From: Malacoraja senta
Taxonomy: Eukaryota
Assembly: GCA_038087875.1 (NCBI GenBank)
Contig: JAXLNO010004157.1
Coordinates: 62,001 to 126,000 of the forward strand
DNA length: 64,000 nucleotides
Direction: 5' to 3'
Shown: positions 10,235-22,402 of the stretch, piece by piece
Numbering within the stretch: position 1 is the stretch's first letter
Layout: the number at the start of each line of letters is the position of its first letter
The notes under the pieces: generated by a model
The model's input: only the letters and a program-made list of their open reading frames with translations
Databases searched by the model: none
Told to the model about the DNA's origin: nothing
Translations under genes and position numbers: made by a program

Positions 10235-13200
10235 TCAGTCCTCTTCCGAGTCCGGGGACAAGGTAAGAGAGTTAACCAGTTCAAAGAAAGGGTTCCATGT
10301 ATCTAGGAATGTCTTGGTAGAGCCTTTGAGAGAGAACCTAAGTTTTTCAAGTTTCAGATTGTAAAGCACCTCCTTAATCCAACGGGCGTGTGTCGGGGGA
10401 CAGGTGAGCCTCCAACTAAGCAAGATCAGTCTCCGGGCTAACAAGGTTGTAAAAGCTAGGACCCGTTTCACCGCAACAGAGAGGTTGGTATTGGGAGGGG
10501 TACCGAAAATGGCTGACATTGGATTTGGAAGAATAGTCTGGTCGTAAGCTCTGCTTATCAATTCAAAAGCACTCCTCCAAAAGGCTGCTAGCTTAGGGCA
10601 AGACCAAAACATGTGGCTATGGTTGGCAGGAGATTGACTACATCTGTTACAGGTGTCATTGACAGCTGGGTACATTCTAGCTAATCTTGCATTTGTATAG
10701 TGGACTTTGTAAAGGACTTTGCATTGGATTAGGCCATGACGAGCGCATATGGAAGAAGAGTGGATCAAATCCAAGGCAGAGTCCCATTGCTGGTCTGTTA
10801 ATTTCGTATTCAGCTCTCCCTCCCACGCAGCTTTTAATGAGGTATGAGGTTTCAATAAAACCGACCCTAGCAAATTATACAAAATAGAGATGCATTTCTT
10901 CCGATTGGGGTCTAAAGCTAAGATGATATCAGTCAGGGTTTCAGGAGGGCGATTTGGGAAGTAGGGAAATGTCTTCCTCACAAAATCCCTAATCTGGAAA
11001 AACCGAAAAAGGTGGGAGTTTGGGAGGTTGTAGTTAGACGAGAGCGCCGCGAAAGATGAGAAGATACCATCCTTATATAGGTTTTTAATACTACTGATGC
11101 CATTACTATGCCAGGTTTTAAATGCGTGGTCTATACTTGAAGGTTTAAAAATGTGATTTTTAAGCAGTGGGGTCAAGATGGAAGGACCCTGTAAACCGGT
11201 TTTTCCTAAATTGACTCCATATCTTGAGCGAAAGGGACACAATTGGGCCTGCAGCCACAGATGTTATAGAAAGGGGGAGTTGGGAGCATAGGACAGACCG
11301 CAATGGGAGACGTGAACTCGCCTTTTCCATATATACCCATATCGGTGGGTGCTCGCAATCATCATTCATCCAATACAGGAGTTTTTGCAAGTTAGCTGCC
11401 CAGTAGTATCGCCTAAAATCAGGGAGGGCCAAACCGCCATCACTCTTAGGCGACTGCAGTATCGCCTTTCGGATTCTGACCGGTTTGCTACCCCATAAGA
11501 ATTTAGATATTGTCCTTTCTAATTTGTCAAAAAAAGATTTGGTGATAAGTATGGGGACATGCTGGAAAAGATACAGGAATTTGGGTAGGACAACCATCTT
11601 AACCAGATTTATCCGGCCCACGAGGGATAGTGGTAAGACTGACCAGCGATCAAAATCTTTTTCGGCTTTCTCAACCAGAGGCAAAAAGTTTGTGCGGAAC
11701 ATATCAGATAAGGGTATTGTGATAAAAACGCCGAGATAGCGAAACCCATCCTCTGCCCTTTTGAATGAGGTTAAAGAGCGAGGGAGCTGCTTAGCCGGTA
11801 AGTTAATCGGTAGTAGTTCACTCTTTTGGTAGTTAAGTTTATAACCAGAATATGCACCAAACCGTTCTAAAATATTCATAATCACAGGGAGAGAACTGAC
11901 TGGGTTCGAGATGTACAGGAGCAGGTCATCCGCATACAATGAGACTTTATGAGTTGTGTCAAACCGTGTAATACCTTTAAAGCCCTTCTCTGCGCGTAAC
12001 CAGACCGCCAGGGGTTCTATCGCGACATCAAACAAGAGTGGAGATAACGGGCAACCCTGTCTGGTACCTCTCTGAAGTGTGAAGTGGGGCGACAGTATGT
12101 CGTTTGTTTGTACTGAAGCCACCGGGGATGAATATAATAGGCTCACCCAGAGAATAAAACTGTTACCGAGGACAAACCTATCCATCGCTTCATATAGGTA
12201 CCTCCACTCGACCCTGTCGAAGGCCTTTTCGGCATCGAGGGAGACCACCATCTCCGGGGTCTCATTACTCGAAGAGTGAATGATGTTAAGGAGACGCCTA
12301 GTATTATGGGAAGACTGTCGACCAGGTATAAACCCTGTTTGATCCAACGAGATAATAGAGGGCATCACTCGCTGAAGACGAAGCGCAAGGGCTTTAGAAA
12401 GGATTTTGAGGTCCACATTCAGGAGTGAGATTGGTCTATAGCTACCACAAAGCAGGGGATCTTTCTCCTTTTTAAGAATTAGGGAGATGGTAGCCCACGA
12501 CAAGGTGGGCGGTAGGCGACGATTTAAAAACGCCTCGTTGTACATGTCTCTCAGGACTGATGCAAGGAGGTCAGAGAAAGCTTTGTAATATTCTACAGAG
12601 AAGCCGTCAGGGCCGGGTGACTTTCCGCTTTGCAGCGATGTGATGGCTGCTTGGACCTCAGCTACAGTTATGGGACCACCCAAGTCTCTCATGGCTTCTT
12701 CGTCTATTCGGGGAAGCGTCATACTACTGAACATGTCACCTGCAGTGGGGGGACAGTCGGAAGTGTATAGTTCAGTGTAGAATTTAGCAAATGCTTCATT
12801 AATTCTGAGAGGATCAGTATGAGTCTCCCCTGAGCTGGATCTAATGGCTGGAATTAACCGTGAAGGCGCATCTGTTCTGGCCTGATGGGCCAAAAGCTTT
12901 TCAGCTTTATCCCCAGATTCAAAAAAGTATTTGCCTAGATTTAAGCAGTCGTAGTTTGGCTTTATTAATGGATATGAGGTCAAAGTCTGTTTGTAGCCTA
13001 AGGCGTTCTCTATAGAGATTAGGGTTTGGGTCAGATGCATATTTGTCATCAATGTCCTTTATTTTTTGTAACAGATCTGCCGTTTGGAACGTCTCCGTTC
13101 TTTTCAGGTTGGAGATAAAGGAAATGAGTTGGCCCCTAATATAGGCTTTTGAAGCTTCCCAAAGTATACCTCTTTCTATGTCCGGCGAGTCATTCAGCTC

Positions 13201-14025
13201 CAAATATAGGGTGATTTGGGAGTGCAAGAATTGCATGTAGTGAGCCTCTGCTAATAATGAGGAGTTGAACCTCCACTTAAAGGGGTTAGTTCGTTTACGA
13301 AAATGAAGATCAAGGGAGGTCGCAGCATGATCTGATATTACGATGCTATGGTACTCACTGGATTTGATTTTGGAAAGCAATCTATTATCTAAAAGAAAGA
13401 AGTCTATACGGGTAAACATACGATGTACGTGGGAGAAAAATGAAAATAATTTAGTCGTGGGGAATATAAATCTCCATGGATCTGTGAGCCCCAGTTGTTT
13501 GGCGAGAACATGCAGAGTCTTACCGGATTTAGTTAAAGTAGAGGCTTTATTCGAAGATCTATCCAGTATAGGATCTTGGACCAGATTAAAATCTCCACCC
13601 ACAATGACATGGTGATTTTCAATATTTGGGAGAGATGTAAAAAATTTAGTTATAAATGAGCTGTCATCCCAGTTGGGTCCATAAATGCATGCCAATATGA
13701 CAGGTGTGTCTTGCAATTTGCCCGACACCATGACAAAGCGACCAGCAGGGTCTTCCACAGTTTTCTGTGGTTCGAACTTAATGTTCTTACGAATCAGGAT
13801 AGCGGTGCCCCTGGCCCTATTATTAAATTTCGAGTGAAATAGTTGACTAATCCAGCCTCTCTTAAGCCGTGTTACCTCTCTGTTGCGAAGGTGGGTCTCT
13901 TGGATAAAGAATATATCGCCTTTGAGCTGTTGCAAATGGGCCAAGATCCTATCAGTTTTGGTAGGACTTCCCATCCCTCTCACGTTCCACGAGACAAATC
14001 TAAAAGTATCGTTTGTGTTGGCCAT
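10235..14025 (-). pseudogene. L1 ORF2 (APE endonuclease, RT, C-terminal Cys domain), two frameshifts
   Basis: SWNVRG and IVGGDFN (APE); KSPGPDGF, RQGCPLSPLLF, LYADD (RT); CNRC...HMFWSC; three overlapping ORFs. Confidence 0.92.
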
Positions 14026-15256
14026 TTTTAGCTATATGGGTAATGCGCTGTAGTTCTGCAAAACGAGACGGAAGAGCGCATCGAAGCCAGCTGCCGAGAG
14101 TGGGGATGTGGAGGGGGAGGGGGGGGGGGTGAATATATATATGTGAAGTAAAATAAAACAACAAAAAAAAAAAAAAAAAAAAAAAAACAAGAACAAAAAC
14201 ATACACACACGGCAAACAAGTGGAACACACATCATTTAACCATCTTTCAAACCTGAGTCTCCAGACCTGAGATCCCCCATGTCTCAACTGAACCTTAAGT
14301 GCCCCTTGCACCAAGGTGCGTTGTCCTCGCTTCCGCATGGAGATATCCGATCTTAACTCCCTATATCACAGCTTCCCAAAGCGATGGAGTCACTCAGTGT
14401 CGATAAGGTAACATGAAATAAAATAAGTATAGTAATAGTAATAATGACGGTGATGATAATAATTTGAAAAACAGAGTAGGAATAAAGTAAGATAAACATA
14501 CATTGGTAAATGCAAGGTTAAAATAATAGCCATAATGGTTGCACTGCCAGTACCATTGCTAACCCTTATAGTAATAATAGCAATGATGATAGTCACAATA
14601 AGACAAAGCCTATTAACAAAATGGTGATACTAAATAAACCGGCTAACGTGTAAGTGGAGCCAGAATAACTTCCTTTGGTGTTGCATAGTATGTCTTAAAA
14701 TCGACAAAGTATAAAGAGAGAGTTGGCGTTGGAAAAGTTAGCAAATTACAAACTGGGCTGTTGGATTAAAGCACAGCGCTAAAGGCATCAATTATGTTTT
14801 GTTAAACAAAAAAGGTATAAGATAAGATTTGTATAACACCGCCCTGGCTGTAATGAGCTCTTATCAGCCCCAGACAGTTCGTTATGAAGATTAGTATAAG
14901 CAAACTAGCCAGGTGCTGACAGCGTTAGCGGCCAGCTGCTAAGAACAGGAAGGCAGAGACCAAATCACAAACCACAAAGTGGGTCCCTTAAGCCCAGCTT
15001 TATAGCATATGCTGGTGAGGGACCCCTCAAGCACGATTATGCATAGACAATATAAGAAAAAGTTGATATAAAACATTCACAAATCCTGGTGATTCCTTAC
15101 CTGCCTCATACATTTCGAAACCGGGGTCTAGTATAATCAGCAATGCTGAACGCTAACCATAGCTAGTTATTAGGAACAGTCAAGCTAAAGTTAGTCCATG
15201 TAACCATAGGTTAACCGGGCCCCTGTGCCACTCGAATATAGACGTACTGAACGAAG

Positions 15257-16078
15257 TCAGTCATCTGTGGGTCCCGGTCTGCGTCGATGGTGAGATGAGA
15301 TGAAATCCCGAGCGTCCTCGGGAGATGTTAGTCGTCGCCTCTTTCCCTCCCCGGACATTATGAACAGCTTGGCTGGATAATGAAGGGAGGGTTTGAAACC
15401 CAGGTTATACAGCTCCTTCATAACGTCTCGGTACGCGAAGCGTTGTTCAACTATGTCGGGACAGTGGTCTTCGAAAATGTGGAACGGGGTATCTTTGTAT
15501 TTCAGCTTACCCCTCTGCCTCCGAGCCTCACGTACCACCAACTCACGGGTCTGGTATCTATGAAAGCAGATCACAACTGCTCTGGGTTTCTCACCAGGGC
15601 TTGGCTTGGCTGTTAGCGTACGGTGGGCTCGGTCTAGTTCCGGGGCTGATTCCAGTATGTGTTCGCCAAGAGTCTCGAGCAGAAGTTGAGAAAAAAACGC
15701 TGTTGTTTGGGAGCCCTCGATATTCTCGGGAAGACCCACTATCCTTACGTTATTTCGGCAACTCCTGCCTTCCAGGCTAATAAGCTTAGCCTTTACCTTG
15801 GCGTTCTCTTCGGTCACCGTAGTTAACATTAACGTTATAGCTCGTATATCTTGGCTAGTGGTAGCGGCAAAAGACTCTAATGATGAGAGACGGTGTTGGT
15901 GGTCTAACATAGTGGTCTGGATATTGTCCAGCTTCGTTTCCAATTTGGTGAACGCAGTGTTGAATTCTGCCAGTAACAATACCTTATGTTCTGTTAACAT
16001 GGCTGCTAGCGTGGCCATACTGGCGCTGGCCGCCGGGTCTTCTGTCTTTTGCTCCGCTTTCTTTCCTTTGTTTGGCAT
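15257..16078 (-). CDS. L1 ORF1p, intact 273 aa
   Basis: Coiled-coil then LEGRSCRNNVRIVGLPE, ELDRAHR, LHYPAKL motifs of L1 ORF1. Confidence 0.9.
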   Translation of the reverse strand: MPNKGKKAEQKTEDPAASASMATLAAMLTEHKVLLLAEFNTAFTKLETKLDNIQTTMLDHQHRLSSLESFAATTSQDIRAITLMLTTVTEENAKVKAKLISLEGRSCRNNVRIVGLPENIEGSQTTAFFSQLLLETLGEHILESAPELDRAHRTLTAKPSPGEKPRAVVICFHRYQTRELVVREARRQRGKLKYKDTPFHIFEDHCPDIVEQRFAYRDVMKELYNLGFKPSLHYPAKLFIMSGEGKRRRLTSPEDARDFISSHHRRRPGPTDD

Positions 16079-16582
16079 CTTTACAGCATAGAGAGGTACT
16101 CACAATGATGTTTAAATGTTTGTGGGTGGTTAAAAAACTTAGACTGAGCTGTAATAAAAGTTGGAGGTGAAAAGGTCGGGAGCGTGGAAAAGTGTGACTA
16201 CACCAGCATGTCGCCCCCACCGGAAGTCCTGTAATGATTTTATTATCTACATTAAACTAGCATTGTTCACATCTAAATAAAAATAACAAAGTCTTAGATT
16301 TATGTAATTGTCCAGACGATGGATGTTTAAATAGATCAATGAAAAATCTTTGAAGTTCATATTAGCGTTGAGATTTTATCTGCAGCATTTAATTATGAAT
16401 TTAAAGAATCAAGCATATGTCAGAAATAGATGACTATATGCAGTGTAGAGGTCAACAAGGCTATTTTCTTATGTTGACCATTGTTATTTTAGCAAATAAA
16501 AGTGAACCCACTTATAGTTGATAAAACTTCAAAGGTTTTAAACTTTGCTGATATTTCAATATCTGAGAGTTTGATATTCTCA

Positions 16583-16730
16583 CACACACACACACTCTCT
16601 TTCTCTCCCTCCCTCCCTCCCTCCCTCCCTCCCTCCCTCCCTCCCTCCCTCCCTCCCTCTCCCCCTCTCTCTGTCTCACACACATGAGCGCACACAAACA
16701 CACACGCGCGCGCACACACACACACATAGG
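16583..16730. repeat. Compound microsatellite (CA)n/(CCCT)n
   Basis: Directly visible. Confidence 0.85.
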
Positions 16731-17633
16731 CACACTCAGACATTAACACTACTGTCTATTTGTAGTGACCAGCAATTTTAACCATGTCAGCTTGGCCCTG
16801 GTGTGAAGATATTTGCAGAGGTTTTGACTGGAACAAATAAGTCAGCTACAGAACAGGTGCTGCTACTTCAGACTGATAATGGGGTTGGATGTGGCACCAC
16901 TATTGGCCTTTTGTGCAACTAGCTACTATAAAAAAATTAGCTAGATGCCCAAGAAATAAGATAAGAGACCTTGGCCAGGATCAGCCTATCTTGCTTCCTA
17001 CATTTGGATCTGTGAGTTAAGGGTGACATAAGAATATTTTTTACCATTGGAGCAGAAGTAGGCCTTTCAGTCCATTGAGTCTACTCCACCATTCAGTCAT
17101 GGCAGATCTATTTTTACCTCTGAATCCCATTCTCCAGCCTTCTCCCTGTAACCTTTGGGAGCCATATTAATCAAGAACCTATCATTCTCTGCTTTAAAAT
17201 ATGCAATGACTTGACCCACACAATTGCCTGTATCAATGAATTCCACAGATTCACCACCCTGTGACTAATGAAATTCCTCCTCATCTCCATTTTGAAAGTA
17301 CGTATTTTTATTGTGAGGCTGTGCTAGACTCTCCCATTACTGAAAACATCCTATCCACATCCACTAACTGGGACTTTCAATAACTGGTATGTTTCAGAGA
17401 TTCCCCCCTCATCCTTCTAAATCCCACGAGCGCAGGCACAGAGACTTCAAACATTCCTCATACGTTAAATCAATCATCCCCAGGACACACTTCCTCTGGA
17501 CCCTCTCCAAAGCCAGCACATCCTTTCTAATATGGAGCCCAAAACTGCTCACAATATTCCAAATGTATCCTCACCAGTGCCCGATAAATCCTCAGCATTA
17601 TATCATTGTTTTTATCTTCTAGTCCCCCCGAAA

Positions 17634-17937
17634 TGTCCCCCCTAAACTTCTAGTCCCCCCGAATTAAGGGACAGAAGTTTAGGGGTAACATGAGGGGGAA
17701 CTTCTTTACTCAGAGAGTGGTGGCTGTGTGGAATGAGCTTCCAGTGAAGGTGGTGGAGGCAGGTTCGTTTTTATCATTTAAAAATAAATTGGATAGTTAT
17801 ATGGACGGGAAAGGAATGGAGGGTTATGGTCTGAGCGCAGGTATATGGGACTAGGGGAGAATACGTGTTCGGCACGGACTAGAAGGGTCGAGATGGCCTG
17901 TTTCCGTGCTGTAATTGTTATATGGTTATATGGTTAA
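17634..17937 (+). mobile_element. Short young CR1 3' end with (GTTATATG)n tail
   Basis: Near-identical to 30400-30700; flanked by aaatg on both sides. Confidence 0.8.
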
Positions 17938-18150
17938 ATGAATGCTGGCATTGCATTTGCCTTACTTACCACTGACTCAATCTGCAAATGAACTATTTGG
18001 GAATCCTGCACTAGTACTCCCACTTTGTAGCTCAGATTTCTGAATTCTCTCCCCATTTATTAAATAGTCTATGTCTTTATTCCGACTGCCAAAATGTAAA
18101 ACCAGACACTTGCTACACTGTATTCCATTTGGCTCTGCTTTGCCCACTCG

Positions 18151-18430
18151 GTGGAACTGCTGCCTTACAGCGCCAGAGACCCGGTTCAATTCTGACTACG
18201 GGTCCCGTCTGTACAGAGGTTTGTACCTTCTCCCCGGGACTTGCGTGGGTTTTACCCTGGATCTCCGGTTTCCTCCCTCAGTCCAAAGACATACAGGTTT
18301 GTAGGTTAATTGGCTTGGTATAATTGTAAATTGTCCCCTAATAAGTACGATAATGTAAGTGTGCAGGGATCGCTGGTTGACGCAGACTCGTGGGCCAAAG
18401 GGCCGGTTTCTGCGCTGTATCTCTTAAAGT
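18151..18430 (+). repeat. HE1-like SINE
   Basis: gctgccttacagcgccagagacccggttcaatt...gcgctgtatctct. Confidence 0.8.
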
Positions 18431-18492
18431 AAAACCACATTCCATTGACTATCAATAATTCTGGGCAATTAGATAACCACAAATTAATAATG

Positions 18493-18805
18493 GGTGGCAC
18501 AGTGGCGTAGCGGTAGAGCTGCTGCCTTACTGCACCAGAGACCTGGGTTTGATCCTGACTACAGGTGCTGTCTGCAAGGACATTGTATGTTCTCCCTGTG
18601 ACTGCGTGGGTTTTCTCCGGGTGCTCCGGTTTCCTCCCACACTCCAAAGGCATACAGGCTTGAAGGTTACTTGGCTTAGGTAAAATTGTAAATTGTCCCC
18701 AGTGTGTTGGTTAGTGTAAATGTACGGGATGATCACTGTTCAGCGAGGACTCAGTGAGCTGTGGGGCCTGTATCTGCACCATATCTCTAAAGTCTAAAAT
18801 CTAAA
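18493..18805 (+). repeat. HE1-like SINE
   Basis: A-box TGGCGTAGCGG, B-box-like GGTTTGATCC, ctctaaagtctaaa tail. Confidence 0.82.
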
Positions 18806-18897
18806 TGCACAGTTTAGTTAAGAGTGTGTTGAGGCTGTTATCTCAGTCCAGGAGGTTTATTGTCTCAAGTGATCAGCCTCATTGACTTGCCACTTAC

Positions 18898-19173
18898 CCT
18901 GTGGAACATTGACTCCCTGCAGCAGAGTTGCATGTTCGATGTAACAGGAGAATTTTGCCACATCTTCTCTACTCAGTTGAATTGTATTCTTCAGCTGGTA
19001 AGTCCCATCCCAATTGGGCAACAGATCATCACTGGATTCAGACTCGTGGTCTCCCTCACCATCTCTCAGCCACGTTACATCGATGCCCCGTGGGTAGAAG
19101 CCTGTGACAAGGCAGGAGAGTCTCAGTGATTGTGACTCATCACGTTTAATCCCAATAAACACCTCAGGGGTTT
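18898..19173 (-). CDS. MHC class I-like alpha3 (Ig C1-set) exon, 276 nt
   Basis: ttgcag|AA...CAG G|gtaagt; ETPEV..LSCLVTGFYP..VTW..LPNWDGTYQL..FSCYIEH with both Ig cysteines. Confidence 0.93.
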
Positions 19174-19987
19174 CTGCAAGTGTAGGAAGCGTCAGAATCA
19201 GTGAAGACATGAACAAAAGCCTTCAATTGTAAGATCACTGCAACTCACCTCTTTCCCAATCAGTTTTTTCTCCAGCTGAACAAAGTTTCCAGCCTAGACC
19301 CAAAATGCTGGAATAACTCAGCAGGTCAGGCAGCATCTCTGGAGAGAAGGAATGCCCAGAGATGCTATCTGACCCACTGAGGTACTCCAACATCTTCTAT
19401 CTTCGGTGTAAACCATCATCTGCAGTTCTATCTTGCACAAAGTTTACAGCCTTTTCTCTTTTCATTTTGCATTTCTGGCAAAACAACAAAACATTTAGTT
19501 TTAATATCACTGACATGCTCCTTATCTTAGCTCCAGACTTGAACTGACAGCGCAGATGAAAGGAGAATACAGGGCCCAATGGAGGAGTATAACTCACCAT
19601 TGGGATTGATACTGTAGACATGATTGCTTCTACTTGTTCATGAATCTCTGCTGAATAATAACACAAAATATTCCAAGAGGGAATGGGAGAAAGAAGTTCT
19701 TCAACCAGAGAACTGTTGGAAATTGGATGTCACCATCCCAAGGAGTAATAGAGGCAAATAGAGAATCTGATTGGGTTTCTGATCAGCACAGCAACAGACC
19801 CTTCAGGCCACAAGGTCAATGCTAAACATAAGACCAAGATACATATCCCTCCATTTCTTGAATATCTATATGACTGTGGATAGAGGACGCTGGTACAATA
19901 TTTATCTTTCACTTGCACTTCCTACCCACTGGCTCCATCTAAGAGGCACGTTGCCAGACAATTTACTGATACCCACGTTGTAGAACA

Positions 19988-20278
19988 GGGTGGCGAAGCG
20001 GTGGAGCTACTGCCTTACAGCGCCAGAGACCTGGGTTTGTTACTAACTACGGGTGCTTGTCTTTACGCAGTTTGTACGTTCTCCCTGTGACCTGCGTGGG
20101 TTTTATCCGAGATCTTTGGTTTCCCCTCACACTCGAAAGACGTACAAATTTGTAGGTTAATTGGATTGGTATAAATGCAAATTGTCCCTAGTGTGTGTAG
20201 GATAGTGTTAGTGTGCGGGCATGGCTGCTCGGTGCGGTCTCGGTGGGTTTCCGCGCTGTATCTCTAAACTAAACTAAA
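19988..20278 (+). repeat. HE1-like SINE
   Basis: Head, core and (AAACT)n tail. Confidence 0.8.
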
Positions 20279-20377
20279 TAATTACTCAAGTGACAGCCTG
20301 ACGTGCATGATATTTCCCACCTGATCTATCCAGAGGATATCCTCTGGCCCATCAGTCAGAGTGCGTACGTCGTATAC

Positions 20378-20659
20378 CTCTCCTCTGTAGTGCTTCTTGT
20401 CCACACTCCAGATATATCAGCAGCCACTTCACACGGTCCTTCTCCAGGAGATCTTTGAAATACTTGTTCATGAAGGTGTTGATATTCCACCGATCTGCTA
20501 GCATCTGGAAATCTGGACGTAGTGCAATCCAGCGCATTCTGTCCTTGTCAAAAGCACAGGCATCCTCCCCATCATAACCCAGTCTGACAAACCCATCAGT
20601 GGAATTGTCACTGTCCACTTCACAGCCGCAGAAACCCTGCACAAAGAAAACAGCTGGGG
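20378..20659 (-). CDS. MHC class I-like alpha2 exon, 282 nt
   Basis: cctcag|CC...AGA G|gtatac; VQGFCGCEV..GYDGED..FDKDRMRW..DRWN..KWLLIYL..EALQRR. Confidence 0.92.
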
Positions 20660-21729
20660 CTGAGGTGGGGAATTTTGGTTGGGGAGAGTGGATGGAAGGG
20701 AGAGGCAATTTACAAATCAGTTCTCAGCATGGTACAAACAGGCATAACAGAACACAACATAGAGCTGTACAGCACAGGAGCAGGTTTACTTCAGAGGTTT
20801 ACTTCAGAGGTTTACTTCGGCCCACCGAGTCCGCACTGACCAGTGATCCCCGCATATTAACACTATCCCACACAGACTACTTTTCTTTCCAGCTTTCTCC
20901 ACTCTACCCCATCACTCTAAATGGTCCTGGTCTCATATGTTTTCTGTCCATTTTTCCACAGCATGCTGCCTGACTCATTGAGTTCCTCCTGTTTGTTTTT
21001 AATTCAGATTGGCAGCATCTGCAGTTTGCTGTGACTCCATCTTAGCACAATGGATGATCAGTGTGGATTCAGTGAGCAGAAGGGCCAGTTTCCATGCTGT
21101 GTGACGCAATGACTCAATGACCCATGGTTTATATACTGAGTGCATGGACTAACCTCAAGTGTTGAGGGGGGAAGCTTTACTGTTGCGGATGTAACACTAA
21201 AGGAGTTCTGCTATGTCAGAAGGGTAGAACTCAGATTTCTGCACTGTCGTACATAAAGAACAGAGGAAGGAGTGCATTGTCAGATGGGCAATGCTACAGA
21301 GCCAACAGGTCAGTCTGAAGGTTAAGGCAATGCAGATGGGAAGTACATCAAGGCTGTTGCACTGTGTGGGATTGCCACACCCTCTGTGGATTGTTGCCAA
21401 TATTGAGGGAATGCTGGATTAACAGAATATTATTGTTGAGGGAATACATCATAGTCACCATCAACCAGCTTAAATCAAGGTCCCATCTCTAGGTGATCAG
21501 GCTATAAGTAAACTAATGGTTTCTCCCTCATTCCAGCCCAATAAAACAGATGATCCAATCCATCCACTTATTACTGGTGTTGAATATCAAATGCTTAACC
21601 CATAAAGTGACTATCACCAGCCAACTGTTATCAATGGGTGTTCAGCAGTTAGGACACATTAAATATAGACGATGGGCCGTGTCTCTATCAAAATGTGATG
21701 GAGTAAATGTCTGAAACAGCATCAATGGT

Positions 21730-22340
21730 GCTGAAGTGAAAAAGGTTGAGAGCTTCTGTTTCACCTACTGCCTCAGGAGACTAAGGAAATGTGGCATCTC
21801 CAATGACTCTTACAAACTTCTACAAATGTGCCATAGAAAGCATACTGACAGGTTGCATCACAACTTAGTTTGGAAAGAGTTCTGCCCAAGACCGCTGGAA
21901 ATTGCAGAGAGGTGGAGATGTAGCACAGTCGATCACACAAACATGATTCCCCACCAGTGAATCCATCTATATTTCAACTGGCTCAGGAAAGCAGACAACA
22001 TAATCAAAGATTCATCCCGCTCTGGTCATTCCTTCTTCTTCCTGCAGAAGGTACGTAAGCATTAAAGCGTGCACCACCAGACTCAGTAACTGTTTCCTCC
22101 CCTATGTTATCAGGTTTCTGAACAGTCCTCCCTTATGCTAGGGTTCACCTCAATCCCATTGTAGACACTGGACTTTGTCTCTGGCACTGGTGCCTTACAA
22201 AGCTGAGAACTACATTCTGCACTCTTTGCTCTACCTATTGTACGAGTTTGGTTTGATTGTATTTATGAATAGTTTTCTTTGATGTGATTGACTAACATGC
22301 AAAAAAAGTGTATCAGAGAATCATGTGACAGCAACAAAAC
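21730..22340 (+). mobile_element. Rex1/Babar-like LINE 3' fragment, degraded
   Basis: CLRRLRKCG, then ttctacaaatgtgccatagaaagcatactgacaggttgcatc (FYKCAIESILTGCI); catgtgac tail. Confidence 0.65.
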
Positions 22341-22402
22341 TAAAACAAAATCCATCTGTGTCATCACTGAGTGTCTACCCCAGGTCCACTCACGACACTT
22401 AC

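Larger units (their letters stand above)
9705..16229 (-). mobile_element. Full-length L1 LINE (~6.5 kb)
   Basis: Perfect 15-bp TSD tgtaatgattttatt at 9690-9704 and 16230-16244; 5' end GGACTTCCGG; ORF1, ~1.2-kb spacer, ORF2, AATAAA and short poly(A). Confidence 0.95.
17040..18490 (-). mobile_element. Older CR1 fragment interrupted by a younger CR1 and a SINE
   Basis: Minus-strand RT pieces (CLVLHFGSRNKDIDYLING) and CR1 3'UTR at 17040-17250. Confidence 0.7.

Noticed and set aside
14000-14338. Hydrophobic poly-Phe ORFs resembling membrane proteins
   Set aside because: Translations of a homopolymer run in the L1 inter-ORF spacer.
19598-19650. Extra exon between alpha2 and alpha3 (ttcag|CAG...ATG|gtgagt, minus)
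   Set aside because: 53 or 50 nt would shift the frame, and alpha2 and alpha3 already join in phase; at most a cryptic exon.
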